Notes under the pieces: generated by a model
Database searches by the model: none
What the model was told of the DNA's origin: nothing
The model's input: the letters and a program-made list of their open reading frames with translations, nothing else
Source: an uncultured Candidatus Saccharibacteria bacterium
GTDB taxonomy: Bacteria; Patescibacteriota; Minisyncoccia; Phycocordibacterales; SIBU01
Assembly (NCBI GenBank): GCA_964355335.1
Contig: CAYHDB010000002.1
Location: forward strand, 3,192-67,191
DNA: 64,000 bases
Direction of reading: 5' to 3'
Program-made: the position numbers and the translations under genes
Shown: positions 19,101-28,674 of the stretch, one piece after another
How positions within the stretch are numbered: the stretch's first letter is position 1
Layout: every line of letters starts with the position of its first letter

Positions 19101-19693
19101 GAAATCCAAAGTAGAATAAAGATGAAGAAAATGTTTGAAAGGTCTCGGAAGATTTTCCAGCCGATATCCACCACTGGCACACGAGTCATCAGGTCCGAAA
19201 TGTTTAAGGTGAATTGCATACTGAGGTCGAAAATATAGCCTGAGAGATAAAGGAAAAATGAAACAACCCACATTAACAGGTTAACAGCCCAGGCTACACA
19301 GCCATCAAGGTTGAAAAGACCGCACCCTTTGATTTCCGGTTGCTTTGGTGGGGTTTTGTCGGCTGCAGTTGCTCCTTGGCTACCAGAGTTTTGCTCAACG
19401 GTCTCTCCTGTGCTGGTATCAACCGTTCCTCCTCCTGGAAGATTGTTTCCCTCAATCAAGCCGGTTTCCGGGTTTGGGGCAAAGAACAGATTTCTTGGCT
19501 GGGTTTGAGCTTGAGGTTGAGCAGGGTTTGAGCCATTTAGAAAATCATTTCCAGCAGGCTGTCGATTGTCCAGAGGGAGTAGTGCTTGGGAGTAAGTTTG
19601 GTGGGTAGGTATAAGTAACGCAAAACTTCCGATAATCGCAAATATCGCGATTGCTAGGTAAGGCAGTGTTAATTTTTTACAGAAAGATATCAT
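16106..19693 (-). CDS. Large polytopic membrane protein, VirB6/TrbL-like N-terminal TM region with ~650-aa coiled-coil/charged C-terminal extension
   Basis: 1195 aa. At least 8 TM helices in residues ~130-520. C-terminal half hydrophilic, Lys/Glu/Ala-rich. Overlaps the next gene by 4 nt (operon). Confidence 0.4.
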   Translation of the reverse strand: MISFCKKLTLPYLAIAIFAIIGSFALLIPTHQTYSQALLPLDNRQPAGNDFLNGSNPAQPQAQTQPRNLFFAPNPETGLIEGNNLPGGGTVDTSTGETVEQNSGSQGATAADKTPPKQPEIKGCGLFNLDGCVAWAVNLLMWVVSFFLYLSGYIFDLSMQFTLNISDLMTRVPVVDIGWKIFRDLSNIFFIFILLWISISTILGLNSGETKELVTHLVIVALLINFSLFITKTVIDGSNIIAMHFYNLIVVPSEGSTASFSGAFMQGLKIQTIYDGSAIGEAGGEKRGIVMSALKRAWDVGSATVVGAATAGPVAGVVAGGAALFGGNAINWGKIILIGIFGSALMLIAAYVFLVGAVLMLFRAIALMFVMMLSPLAFLAYALPGGEKYAESWKEALIKQVIFAPAFMALSFVVVKTIQSDAFKGVVSVSVGNPSLASAFTTGSGGGIAMVVNFLLVIGLMLGCILIAKKLEVHGLEFAQNVGSAGARWVASGRFISTAGTIANYGLRGASNVLRIPTQGVGGAIKGTGQLLNKIPGLNKLSGIKQFGEKTAVMGDKLISKAPEKLTSGIKQFGKGIEEKSERWQKYADVAELDKKLGKSGFGATELGSFIREQTTGRAVHAKFGGEKSLHESYEESEKLRSRRYAIERKEDAEKGLHAMEVADAALEDGSKPDIKKFTDKNGNIDIAGFLAAMEKFMRKFAPKRENYATDADFIDAQNFHNSLVTDTPKRSDYAAGQPGEQAFLNAIASYSNAYFEKPGETFTDHTGVSNRLTGSDLTVARGMTDAREKEKAAQESARKKAQGEMSRNLNLITPEDFADMDEHLIAKMAKFANLKQLKAVMASKDWTVPEKQEMLGERWKEEVEAFKEYQKEVDEYDKKMAELRKAIVDGKLAVGPDGNVAAHQITIGADGKRYARSSSGQMWEAPKEKPSLPKEPDLKGWARNKMTKEEYQLAASIMPKMFEIPELVHTMRWGLTNKDFRTDENFASETRDGMTFLKDSALDIVASKSNPNYIQENTLAERSAAFQAAKLAVDSARAAGNNDVKQLNEIFRKTYAENTARDSIRTGVAVDWADGRAPNEIAGARSRNRNSKAVHRLIDAGIAQNFKDKDSEDVRLLLEDVLGDYQAEKDGNGIVSKQNRDLIRYLFTDKNSKALVRPIERLPAKLQAIYRELEAAGDYDPANAKNIKYRSDIV

Positions 19694-22206
19694 TGAAGTT
19701 TGAATTTGATTGTTTGTGTCGCGATGACTTTTCCTGATGAATCGACAATCTCAATTATAAGCTGATGGTCACTCGGCGTGGTTATTGCCATTGAAAAAAT
19801 AGTACCGTCTATGTCTATTGTTGCGGGATGATTTGCCGTAAAGCTCATACCATCAATAACAGTAACTGTTTTGGCTGTGTTGGTAAGTTCGGGATTGATA
19901 TTTGTACCCACTACTGTTTCTACGTCATAAATAACACTCTGTCTTTCCTGTTTAGACACGACTATGTTGAGACGACTGAAAACGCTCTCAATTGATATGG
20001 GCATCGTACTGTCTCCCCTCAATAATTTTACACGCACTTTGAGTTTTTCGTTGCTCGTCGTTCCGTTAAGTGTGCCTGAGATTTTGTTTCCATTGGACTG
20101 GTTGGGGAAATTTGCTCCTTGGTTGTAGTATCGATTGGTGCCATCTGCATTTTTGGTTTCGTCTATTGTCTCCGGTGTGATTGTCAGAGTCTTTGTCGCC
20201 GAGGTACCGCTACCAGGATTACTTTCCTCTTTGCCCGCTGCGGACAAGTCTTCGGTTCCCATGACTTCAACTTCAGCCAACTCTATTCTTTGTGCGGTGG
20301 ATTCATTTCTTTGTATGCGAATAATTTTGCCGATTGCGTTTATCGATGCAATTTCCAAAGGAACAGTGCTACCAGAAGTCGTGGTTACCTGCTTCTCGTA
20401 CACCTTACCCCGGTCCTCTCTAAGCACAAAAAGCGTGAAGTCACCAAGGGCCTCCTGGTAACCACGATCACTTGTTTTGTATATTCGCACACTGCTGATG
20501 TAGCTGGTTTTAGCAAGACTGACTTCCCAGAATGGCTTTACCACATTTTCAGTAACTGAGGCACATTGACTGGCGTTGCAACCGCCAATTACAGTCTCCT
20601 TTACTCTGTTGACTGCTTTGTTTGCTCCAAACCGGTCATCAAAATATGTCCCCGATTGGCTGGCGGGCTGATCCGGTGCAAGATTCTTAAATATATAGGT
20701 TTTGTTTTGAATTGTAGGTGGAGGATTAAGTCTCTTGTTCTCCTCATCCACCGTTCCCGTAAAGGCATCCGTAGCGGATTTTACGGTGGAGGTAAGCGTG
20801 TAATTTTTACAATATTTCACCACAGAATTGTAGTCTTCGAGCGTCCAGGGCGGGAAGGTCACTGTACCGTTAACAACTATGCTTTTCACGGATAGTGCTT
20901 TGTTCCCGTAAGTAATTTTTCCATCTACACCTCTTGTCCCCACTTGTCCCCAAACTGTATTATCAGCTTTGTTAACAAAATAGAGATTATTTTGAAAAGC
21001 GGTGCAAAATCTGTCAGTAGTCATAAAGCTTTTTGTGGTTTCATCGTAAGGCAGGACACCTTCAGGTAGGTTTTGTGCTTCGGCATTTTCCGCCACGGTG
21101 GCTCCTGGGTTTTGGGCCAATATTCTTTGTACAGGAGTTTGACCCGGTCTCATCCCCGCACCTCCAGAGGATCCAGATGATCTTGTTGCTCCCAGAAGTC
21201 CGCCCGGTCCCATAACCTGGTTTATGAGTTGATTCACAAGGGCACCAAGAATTGCGTCGAGGTCCTTCGCGAGACCTACTCGACTAACATCAACCCCGAG
21301 TGTTTCTGTAAGGTTGCTTTCGATGAGCGATCCTGGAGTAGTAATTTCTCCCGTTTCACCATTAAATGCCGATAGGAACCCTTTACCCCAATCCAGTTCT
21401 TTTAAGCTGATGGTTTGTCGTCCGACAATCGCCACGTCAAGAGCATTGACACCTTTTATGTAGGCTCCGTAAGGGTTATTTTGTGGGTAGGCTGTAAGGT
21501 CTAGCCAGTTGTCCCAGCCGTTTTGGCCAAAATTGCCACCAGTGAAGGCTCGTTGAACGTTTTGTTGTATATCTGTGAGTCGACAGCCTATTTCCTGCCG
21601 ATAGCCATCATTCCCGAATTGAAGATTTAGAGATAGACGAAGTTGGAAATCAAACGGACTGCACAATATCTCTCCTATTGGCCCCAGTCCTTCGATGAAT
21701 TGTCCGACTGTTTGGTCTGCAATATCGGTAAGAAAGCCTTGAGGATTGGTCACGAAAAGAGGACTGCCCTTGAAACCTCCGTTTATCCACGCGATTGTCT
21801 GTGCGGTGAAGGTGTTTAGAAGAGAGCGGGCAAGTCCGATTACCATCGGTTCGACGATACAGCGTTGGACGGTGAAGCCTTGTGTTTGTCCCGAGGTGTT
21901 TGAAGCAGTTTTTTGATTGGCTTTTTCGTATGCCTTGACCGCGGCGTCATAGGTCGGTACAGACATCATTTCACCGGATATACCCTCACCCTCTGCTTGA
22001 GCTTGGTCTGCTTTCCCTTTGAAAAGTCCGGCAAGTACACCGGCCAGACAGCTTCCAGTATCAGCATTTGCTTTTGTGGCAAAGCCGAAAAACGTCGGTC
22101 CCGTCACAAAAGAAACGACGAGCGCTAAAACAATAAAACTTCTTGAACCTTTTTTCATCAGGTTTGCGTATATTATATCTTGAATCTTGTTATTCTGCGA
22201 TAGCAA
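19690..22206 (-). CDS. Large secreted protein with a discoidin/F5-8-type-C-like carbohydrate-binding module. Possible surface/pilus-tip adhesin.
   Basis: Signal-anchor SFIVLALVVSFVTGPTFFGFA. Segment ..SYISSVRIYKTSDRGYQEALGDFTLFVLREDRGK..RIELAEVEVMG resembles discoidin-domain strands. 838 aa. Confidence 0.4.
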   Translation of the reverse strand: MLSQNNKIQDIIYANLMKKGSRSFIVLALVVSFVTGPTFFGFATKANADTGSCLAGVLAGLFKGKADQAQAEGEGISGEMMSVPTYDAAVKAYEKANQKTASNTSGQTQGFTVQRCIVEPMVIGLARSLLNTFTAQTIAWINGGFKGSPLFVTNPQGFLTDIADQTVGQFIEGLGPIGEILCSPFDFQLRLSLNLQFGNDGYRQEIGCRLTDIQQNVQRAFTGGNFGQNGWDNWLDLTAYPQNNPYGAYIKGVNALDVAIVGRQTISLKELDWGKGFLSAFNGETGEITTPGSLIESNLTETLGVDVSRVGLAKDLDAILGALVNQLINQVMGPGGLLGATRSSGSSGGAGMRPGQTPVQRILAQNPGATVAENAEAQNLPEGVLPYDETTKSFMTTDRFCTAFQNNLYFVNKADNTVWGQVGTRGVDGKITYGNKALSVKSIVVNGTVTFPPWTLEDYNSVVKYCKNYTLTSTVKSATDAFTGTVDEENKRLNPPPTIQNKTYIFKNLAPDQPASQSGTYFDDRFGANKAVNRVKETVIGGCNASQCASVTENVVKPFWEVSLAKTSYISSVRIYKTSDRGYQEALGDFTLFVLREDRGKVYEKQVTTTSGSTVPLEIASINAIGKIIRIQRNESTAQRIELAEVEVMGTEDLSAAGKEESNPGSGTSATKTLTITPETIDETKNADGTNRYYNQGANFPNQSNGNKISGTLNGTTSNEKLKVRVKLLRGDSTMPISIESVFSRLNIVVSKQERQSVIYDVETVVGTNINPELTNTAKTVTVIDGMSFTANHPATIDIDGTIFSMAITTPSDHQLIIEIVDSSGKVIATQTIKFKLQ

Positions 22207-22273
22207 ATTTGTGAATTATGAAGTAGTTCAAAAGATTTTTCCTTTTTTGCCCCTTCCCCACTTTTTCTGTAGC

Positions 22274-23260
22274 CTAGATTTTATCGAAAAAGCCGTAACC
22301 GCGATCCTCCGGAGTAAACTCTATGTTTTCTGATTTGAAATAAACATTGAAACGTCTGACTGACGTCAAGAACTCCTGCACATTGTCTGCGTAGGCGGAA
22401 ATACCCGGTAAGGCCTTGATTTGATCAGTGAGAAAATATTTAAAACCGTCAATACTCCATGCCAGTCTTGTTACCGCGTTTACAAGCGCCAGGTGGGTCG
22501 CTGATGCACTTTTTGGCACTGTCATAGCTAGGAGTTCGCTCTCGATTCTCTTGTATTCGTCATATAACGGGTCAAGTTTTTCCAATTCAGCCGGGTCATT
22601 TTTGGTTTGCGCTCTATCCACGATTACCAGCTCGTGCTCCAAAGGTTTTTTTGGTTTTTTTGTGAGAGTTTCAGCAAGCATATTGCCATAAGCCCTTATT
22701 TTTTCAGGGTTTTCGGCAGAGGTGATTGTGATATCCCCTTCTGTGAATTCCTTCAGTGTCTGTGCTTCTATCTCTTGCTTGATGCTCGTATTTAGATAAT
22801 CAGTCAGATCTGCCTCAGTCGGAGGAGTGTTGGCCTTTTTCGCAGCGATTATTTTCAGAAATAAATCTCTGGAAAATTTGTCAGTCGAGGTGAGGTCGCC
22901 TTCTGTTTCCGTATTTACTTTTGTCGAGACGGTTTCCAGGTCTAGCTTGTCATTTGGTCCGGCCAACAAAGGATCCCTTCCTTGTTTTATCTCTTGTCCG
23001 TCCGTTGTTCCGTCACCGTCTGTGTCGGGAATATTCATATCGGTCTTCCAGAGTTGCTCCTCCCAATCTTTCAGGCCGTCGTTGTCGGCATCTTTGACCA
23101 GTATCGGAGATTCTTGAGATTTTTCTGCTGAAAGAGGTGCGGAATAGGTTCGCACATCAGACTTGTAAACAAAAAAATATACGAGCCCGGCCACAATAAA
23201 AATAAGCAATACGTAGGAAGTTAGTTTTTTACTAGGTAGTTTCATAGGCAAGAAAAACAA
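22274..23260 (-). CDS. Membrane-anchored protein with thrombospondin-type-3-like Ca-binding Asp repeats (DADNDGLKD, DTDGDGTTDGQE)
   Basis: N-terminal TM LTSYVLLIFIVAGLVYFFVY, then DxDxDG motifs. First gene of the minus-strand cluster. Confidence 0.45.
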   Translation of the reverse strand: MFFLPMKLPSKKLTSYVLLIFIVAGLVYFFVYKSDVRTYSAPLSAEKSQESPILVKDADNDGLKDWEEQLWKTDMNIPDTDGDGTTDGQEIKQGRDPLLAGPNDKLDLETVSTKVNTETEGDLTSTDKFSRDLFLKIIAAKKANTPPTEADLTDYLNTSIKQEIEAQTLKEFTEGDITITSAENPEKIRAYGNMLAETLTKKPKKPLEHELVIVDRAQTKNDPAELEKLDPLYDEYKRIESELLAMTVPKSASATHLALVNAVTRLAWSIDGFKYFLTDQIKALPGISAYADNVQEFLTSVRRFNVYFKSENIEFTPEDRGYGFFDKI

Positions 23261-23347
23261 ACAGATATTTGCGCGTTTGTTGATGAATATTATAGCAGAT
23301 GAAACGTCAAAATGTGTCTGTAAAATCGATGTGGTATACTGATTTGT

Positions 23348-24409
23348 ATGAAGTCGGACTCCTTAATATTTTTTTTGGGATTAATTGCAGGTTTTGTGCT
23401 GACTGTCTCGGTTTTTTCCTCAGCAGTTTTCGCCGATTCACCTGTATTTCACAGACAGCTTGGTCTTGGTTCGCGTGGAGTAGATGTTTTGAATTTGCAA
23501 AAGATGCTAAATAGCGACCCTGACACGCAAATTGCCTTTTCTGGTCCAGGGTCGCCCGGTCATGAAACAAGTACCTATGGTTCTCTTACTCGTCAGGCCG
23601 TTATAAAGTTTCAAAAGAAATACTCATCCGATATTCTGGCACTCGGACAAGCCCCCACAGGTTCGGTCGGTCCGAAGACATTAAACAAGATTAATTCCTT
23701 TTCAAGAAATAACGCCAATTTTTCTGTAGCGCCATCAGCACCAGTTGCCCCAAGCGCTCCGACGAAGAGTACAGAAGATGTTTACACAGGAAGATCTCAA
23801 GCTTCTCCGACCTCGAGCTCTGAAACCACACCGGATACCACAAAAATTAATCCAAACCTTGTTAATCTGGATAGATTTATAAATGATGTACAGACTGTTG
23901 GGAAAAAGAAGGGTTTTTCTAGTGATCAGTTGGCAGAGGTTGTCGGCGGTATTAAAACAACTGTTGCTACGACTACGGATTTTCGTAAGGAGTTTGCTAA
24001 AGTTAGGGCACAGGCCAAACGTGTAACGAAGCTTTCTGATAGCTCTGTGTACTCCTTGTCGCCGAGCAATCTTTTCAAGGATATTCTGGTTTCCTTGGGT
24101 GTATTTCCAAAAATTGCTGAGGCGCAAATAGGAGGAGATCCGTTTGGCGGTGCGATTTATTTTATATTCTACTGCGTCTGCACAGGCAATTGGCTTGTGG
24201 GGTTGCAACCTTTGCCTCCGTATTATCCGGTGCTACTTACATATTATATGGGGACTCAGGAATATGCCAATTACAATACTCCCTTTACTTTTGAGCTATT
24301 GGGTTTTTACAGAAGTGGATCCGGGCAGTGTGAGGAATATGCCGGTACATCCTGCGTCAGTGTGCCAAATGAAGGAGAAATTACAGGCACGCTAGGCTCT
24401 TCTATCTAA
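23348..24409 (+). CDS. Secreted protein with peptidoglycan-binding (PG_binding_1-like) domain and Cys-rich C-terminus
   Basis: Signal peptide. ..LGLGSRGVDVLNLQKMLN..YGSLTRQAVIKFQKKY.. matches the PG-binding-1 pattern. Confidence 0.5.
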   Translation: MKSDSLIFFLGLIAGFVLTVSVFSSAVFADSPVFHRQLGLGSRGVDVLNLQKMLNSDPDTQIAFSGPGSPGHETSTYGSLTRQAVIKFQKKYSSDILALGQAPTGSVGPKTLNKINSFSRNNANFSVAPSAPVAPSAPTKSTEDVYTGRSQASPTSSSETTPDTTKINPNLVNLDRFINDVQTVGKKKGFSSDQLAEVVGGIKTTVATTTDFRKEFAKVRAQAKRVTKLSDSSVYSLSPSNLFKDILVSLGVFPKIAEAQIGGDPFGGAIYFIFYCVCTGNWLVGLQPLPPYYPVLLTYYMGTQEYANYNTPFTFELLGFYRSGSGQCEEYAGTSCVSVPNEGEITGTLGSSI

Positions 24410-25172
24410 GAGTTGCGAGAGTTTTCCACTCCTCGAGGGACAAGTTCTCTGCACGTGTATTTTTTTCAATACCGGATTTTCCCATTATTTTTTCGATTTC
24501 CGGAAGTATTTCCTTCAGGTTTGCGGAAAGTTTTTTTCGTTTGTGAGCGAAACCTGTTTTAACAATTGTGAAAAAAACTTCCTCGGTAAACCCATCAAAG
24601 AAGGACTTCGAAATATTTTCGATAGCAAGAATTGCCGAGTCGACTTTTGGAGGTGGCGCAAAACTGCCGGCTTTCACTATGCCGATTATTTTCGGAGAGC
24701 CGTATGCTTTTACAGAAATGGAGAGAATACTTTCTTTCTTGTCGCGGGCAATTATTCTTTCAGCTACCTCCTTCTGAACAAGGATTACCATTCTTGATGG
24801 CTGTTGCTCCGCTTCTAAAAACTTTCTGATAAAAGCACCCGTAATATAATACGGTATGTTCGCTATTACTTTATACTTTGAAAATTGAAAATTGGAAATT
24901 GAAAATTCCAAAATATCATTTTCAATTAAAGCTAATTGTCCGGAGGCAATCTCTCTTGAAAATCTGTTATGCAGATGCGGTATAAGTCGCCGGTCCTTTT
25001 CAATCGCAATTACTTTTGCACCAGCTTTTAATAGAGCCTCCGTAAGCACTCCTTCTCCAGGCCCTGCCTCAAGTACCGTTTCTCCAGGATGGATATCTCC
25101 CGCTTTTACTATGTCAGATATGGCTTTTCCGGAACGGAGAAAGTTTTGCCCGAGTGATCTTTTTTGTATCAT
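24402..25172 (-). CDS. rsmA: 16S rRNA (adenine1518/1519-N6)-dimethyltransferase
   Basis: SLGQNFL motif. SAM-binding VLEAGPGEGVLT. 256 aa. Confidence 0.9.
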   Translation of the reverse strand: MIQKRSLGQNFLRSGKAISDIVKAGDIHPGETVLEAGPGEGVLTEALLKAGAKVIAIEKDRRLIPHLHNRFSREIASGQLALIENDILEFSISNFQFSKYKVIANIPYYITGAFIRKFLEAEQQPSRMVILVQKEVAERIIARDKKESILSISVKAYGSPKIIGIVKAGSFAPPPKVDSAILAIENISKSFFDGFTEEVFFTIVKTGFAHKRKKLSANLKEILPEIEKIMGKSGIEKNTRAENLSLEEWKTLATLR

Positions 25173-25174
25173 AC

Positions 25175-25290
25175 GAAAATTTTATACGAATATACGAAAG
25201 TATACGAAATTAAGAAAATAGTCAGATGGCAGTTTTCGTATTTGTTCGTATATTCGCACAAATTCGTATTTTCGTATACTAATCAAGGTA
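25175..25290. repeat. TACGAA-heptad palindromic element, copy 8, between pcrA and rsmA. Abuts the rsmA start codon.
   Basis: catacgaaaattttatacgaatatacgaaagtatacgaaatt | aagaaaatagtcagatggcag | ttttcgtatttgttcgtatattcgcacaaattcgtattttcgtatac. Confidence 0.85.
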
Positions 25291-27261
25291 GATTATCTTC
25301 CCCCCTCCCGCAAATGGCTCCTCTTTTTCCACCAACTCTTCATCGACGTCGAAGATGAATTCAGAAGGAACGTTCACTTGCTTCGAGCCGTAGATTGTCC
25401 GGACAGAGGCGTAGGAAAGATAAAGTTTCTTTTTAGCGCGTGTCATAGCTACGTAGAAAAGTCTGCGCTCCTCCTCATCGTCACGATTATTATTTTTCGA
25501 CGTTTCGTGTTTTTGGTGAGGGAATAAATCTGCTTCAAGACCGGTGATGAAGACATAACCAAACTCGAGACCCTTCGCTGAGTGAACTGTCATCAGTTTT
25601 ACCGCTTCCTTATTTTTCATCAATTCGTCTTGGTCGCTAGCCAGAGCCGCATCTTCAAGGAACTTCTCGATACCCTCTTCAGGTTTTGCGAACATGTCAT
25701 ATTTGGTGGCATAGGTTACAAGCTCGCGAATATTTTCAAGGCGTTCTTCCTCTTCTGCCCCACCGTTTTTAAAAGATTCTTCCATCCCCGAGCTACGTAA
25801 AATATATTTTACGGTTTGCGACGGTTTTTCTTTGAGAGCCACTTCTTTGATGTTGACCAGAAGTTTTCGGAACTCCAACACTTTTTGTTTTGTCGCTGGA
25901 GGTAGTGTCGACTCTTGGCCAGCGAAGATTTTTAAAATCGTGACTTTTCCCAAACCTCGAGGAGGAACATTTACGATACGCTTCATGTCGGAAAAACTTT
26001 CGGTGTTTAGTGATGCTTTTAGGTATGACATTACATCTTTAATCTCTTTTCTCTCAAAAAACCGAGTACCCAATACTTGGTAAGGGATATTCTCCCGAAG
26101 CATTGCTTCTTCTAATGCTCTTCCTTGGAAATTGGCTCGATATAGGACCGCAATTTCGGAAGGAGAAATCCTCTTGCTTTCTATAAGTTCTTTTGATTTT
26201 AGGGCCACAAAACGGGCTTCGTCGTTTTCATCGTAGGCTTCCATCAGACCGATTTGCTCACCTTCCCCGTTCTTAGTAAAGAGGTTTTTTTCCTTCCGGA
26301 ACTTATTTTTGGTAATTACACGATTAGCCGCGGTCAAAATGGTCTGGGTCGAGCGATAATTTTCCTCCAGAAGTATTATTTTAGCGTCGGGGTAGTCTTT
26401 TTCGAACCCCATGATATTTTTCATGCTCGCTCCTCTCCAGCTATAGATGAGTTGATCGGGATCCCCCACGACACAAATGTTCTTTTCTTTCTCCGCCAGA
26501 TATTTTGCTATCAGGTACTGAACCTTGTTTGTATCTTGATATTCGTCAATGTGAATGTGTGACCAGATGTTTTGATAATGAGTTCGTACTTCCGTGTTGT
26601 CTCGAAGCAGTAATGCTGTTTTCAGAAGAAGGTCATCAAAGTCCAGTGATTTTTCTTTCACAAGCGCATTTTCGTAGTGTTTCCAAACCGAAGCAACCAT
26701 TTTTGGGATATATTCCATATCTGCCTTTGCTTCAAACTCTTCACAGGTCACCGCGTTTCCCTTTTCACGGCTAATCAAGTTTTGTATAAGTCCTGGGTCG
26801 AAGTTCTTTCTGTCGATGCCCTCCATATCCATTGCTTCTTTGATGAATTTCATTGAATCACTCTTGTCCAGGATGGAAAAATGCCTCGGTATGCCGAGTA
26901 ATTGAGAGTTTTCCTTCAGTATATGCACCCCAAGAGCGTGAAAGGTGGAGATGAATGGTGAACCTGTAACAAATGACCGATAACCCATAACTGAATTACT
27001 GAAGGCGGAGACGGGGAAATTAAGAGTTTTATCCTCAGACAATAGCTTCTCCACCCTGTCCCTCATTTCCTTTGCCGCCTTGTTCGTAAAGGTAATGGCT
27101 AGGATTTTTTGTGGAGGAATACCCTCTTTTATCAAATGCAGAATGCGGTGCGTAACGGTCTTAGTCTTTCCCGCTCCGGCACCCGCAATTATCAAAACGG
27201 GCCCCTCTTTTTGGAGCACAGCTTTCTTTTGTTCCTCATTTAAACCGTTTAAGTGGTCCAT
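25279..27261 (-). CDS. pcrA: ATP-dependent DNA helicase PcrA/UvrD family
   Basis: Walker A AGAGAGKT. UvrD motifs (..ILAITFTNKAAKEM.., ..IDEYQDTN..). 660 aa. Confidence 0.9.
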   Translation of the reverse strand: MDHLNGLNEEQKKAVLQKEGPVLIIAGAGAGKTKTVTHRILHLIKEGIPPQKILAITFTNKAAKEMRDRVEKLLSEDKTLNFPVSAFSNSVMGYRSFVTGSPFISTFHALGVHILKENSQLLGIPRHFSILDKSDSMKFIKEAMDMEGIDRKNFDPGLIQNLISREKGNAVTCEEFEAKADMEYIPKMVASVWKHYENALVKEKSLDFDDLLLKTALLLRDNTEVRTHYQNIWSHIHIDEYQDTNKVQYLIAKYLAEKEKNICVVGDPDQLIYSWRGASMKNIMGFEKDYPDAKIILLEENYRSTQTILTAANRVITKNKFRKEKNLFTKNGEGEQIGLMEAYDENDEARFVALKSKELIESKRISPSEIAVLYRANFQGRALEEAMLRENIPYQVLGTRFFERKEIKDVMSYLKASLNTESFSDMKRIVNVPPRGLGKVTILKIFAGQESTLPPATKQKVLEFRKLLVNIKEVALKEKPSQTVKYILRSSGMEESFKNGGAEEEERLENIRELVTYATKYDMFAKPEEGIEKFLEDAALASDQDELMKNKEAVKLMTVHSAKGLEFGYVFITGLEADLFPHQKHETSKNNNRDDEEERRLFYVAMTRAKKKLYLSYASVRTIYGSKQVNVPSEFIFDVDEELVEKEEPFAGGGKIIYLD

Positions 27262-27402
27262 CGCGCAACAACTATATCACGCATATGGAAATTAATAGTT
27301 GTGAATTGAAAATTGATCTTAAAAGCGTAGTTTTTTCTAATCCAATAGGAAAATAATTTTTAACTTTTGTCCAAAATCGTTGTCCACAGCAGGGTGTTGC
27401 GT

Positions 27403-27435
27403 CGATTGACTTTCGACCCCAAAAAGCCTATAGTA
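27403..27435 (+). promoter_or_regulatory. Sigma-70-like promoter (TTGACT-17 nt-TATAGT) for the LysM-M23 gene
   Basis: ttgactttcgaccccaaaaagcctatagtatt. Implies a ~150 nt leader and a real start at 27593. Confidence 0.4.
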
Positions 27436-27592
27436 TTTGGTATATACCGATGACGGTAGTTATTCTGTTTTGGCTCAACAGAGCCATATATTGGCAGACA
27501 GGCGGAATTCGTTAATCAAAATAAGGCTTATTTCGAAAGACTCCATCATACCTTGCGAGCTTAGTTCTAAGAAACGGCTCAACAAGGCCATA

Positions 27593-28606
27593 ATGTCGGT
27601 AATTAAGACCCTTTTGTATACACGGGTCGTTATTGCCTTGATAGTTGTCGGAATGCCGTCTTATGCTAGCGCCGGCATTTTTTCTTTTGTGGCGGATATG
27701 TTTTCAAGTAAATCCGAGACTCAGATGGCTTCTGTCGTTACATCTCAAAATATTACTCTACTCCAGGCTGCGCTTAGCCCCGATCCAAACCCCGCGAAAG
27801 GAGGAGGTGATATCACCGTAGTCGGGGGCGTCGCTCTTTTGCCTGAAAGTGGACCATCTGGCACCATGGTGGATATCGAGGAAGGACATTCGGATATGAT
27901 TAGTATTTATGTCGTACGCCCGGGCGATACCCTGTCCCAAATCGCCAAGATGTTCGGTGTTTCTGTAAATACTATTATGTGGGCGAACAACGTCACTCCT
28001 AAGACTCTTCAACCAGGGAGCCAATTGGTCATCTTGCCGATTTCAGGTATTCAGCATGTTGTAAAATCAGGAGATACTTTGAAGAGCATTGCCACGAAGT
28101 ATAAAGCGGATGCAAAGGAAATTGCTCAGTTTAACAATATTCTTGCAAGCGAGTCTCTCACTGTTGGAACGAACATTATTATCCCGGATGGAGAAGGAGT
28201 GGCAATTGCTCCTACTTCTTCCGCTACTTCCCGATTGCGTGGCTCCGGTGGTCCTGATTTGGATTATTATTATGCCAGTCCGATTGCGCATTACAAAAGG
28301 ACTCAAGGATTGCACGGCTACAACGGAGTTGATCTTGCTGCCTCTGTCGGCACTCCTGTTATGGCCGCTGCTTCCGGTACTGTCATTGTGAGTAAGAATT
28401 ATGGATGGAATGGAGGTTATGGTGAATACATTGTAATTGCTCATAGCAATGGTACTCAAACTTTGTATAGTCACTTAAACGACAACATTACCTACACAGG
28501 TATGCAGGTCTTCCAAGGACAAGTCATTGGTTATGTCGGTTCTACCGGCAAGTCTACCGGTCCGCATCTTCACTTTGAAGTTCGAGGAGCGAAGAATCCT
28601 TTTTAG
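27593..28606 (+). CDS. Secreted M23-family metallopeptidase with two LysM domains
   Basis: Start MSVIKTLLYTRVVIALIVVG (signal). LysM: ..YVVRPGDTLSQIAKMFGVSVNTIMWAN.. and ..HVVKSGDTLKSIATKYKADAKEIAQFN... M23: HxGxD-like ..HGYNGVDLAA.. and ..HLHFEV.. Confidence 0.85.
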   Translation: MSVIKTLLYTRVVIALIVVGMPSYASAGIFSFVADMFSSKSETQMASVVTSQNITLLQAALSPDPNPAKGGGDITVVGGVALLPESGPSGTMVDIEEGHSDMISIYVVRPGDTLSQIAKMFGVSVNTIMWANNVTPKTLQPGSQLVILPISGIQHVVKSGDTLKSIATKYKADAKEIAQFNNILASESLTVGTNIIIPDGEGVAIAPTSSATSRLRGSGGPDLDYYYASPIAHYKRTQGLHGYNGVDLAASVGTPVMAAASGTVIVSKNYGWNGGYGEYIVIAHSNGTQTLYSHLNDNITYTGMQVFQGQVIGYVGSTGKSTGPHLHFEVRGAKNPF

Positions 28607-28674
28607 GAGCATTTGACACCCGCCCGTACCGAACTGTCAGCACGTTCGGGCGGGATTAACCTTTGACCGTTGAC

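Noticed and set aside
24880-24925. Tandem GAAAATT heptads (x4) inside rsmA
   Set aside because: They lie within a conserved coding region (encode ..SISNFQFSKYK..). Probably coincidental low complexity and unrelated to the intergenic heptad elements.
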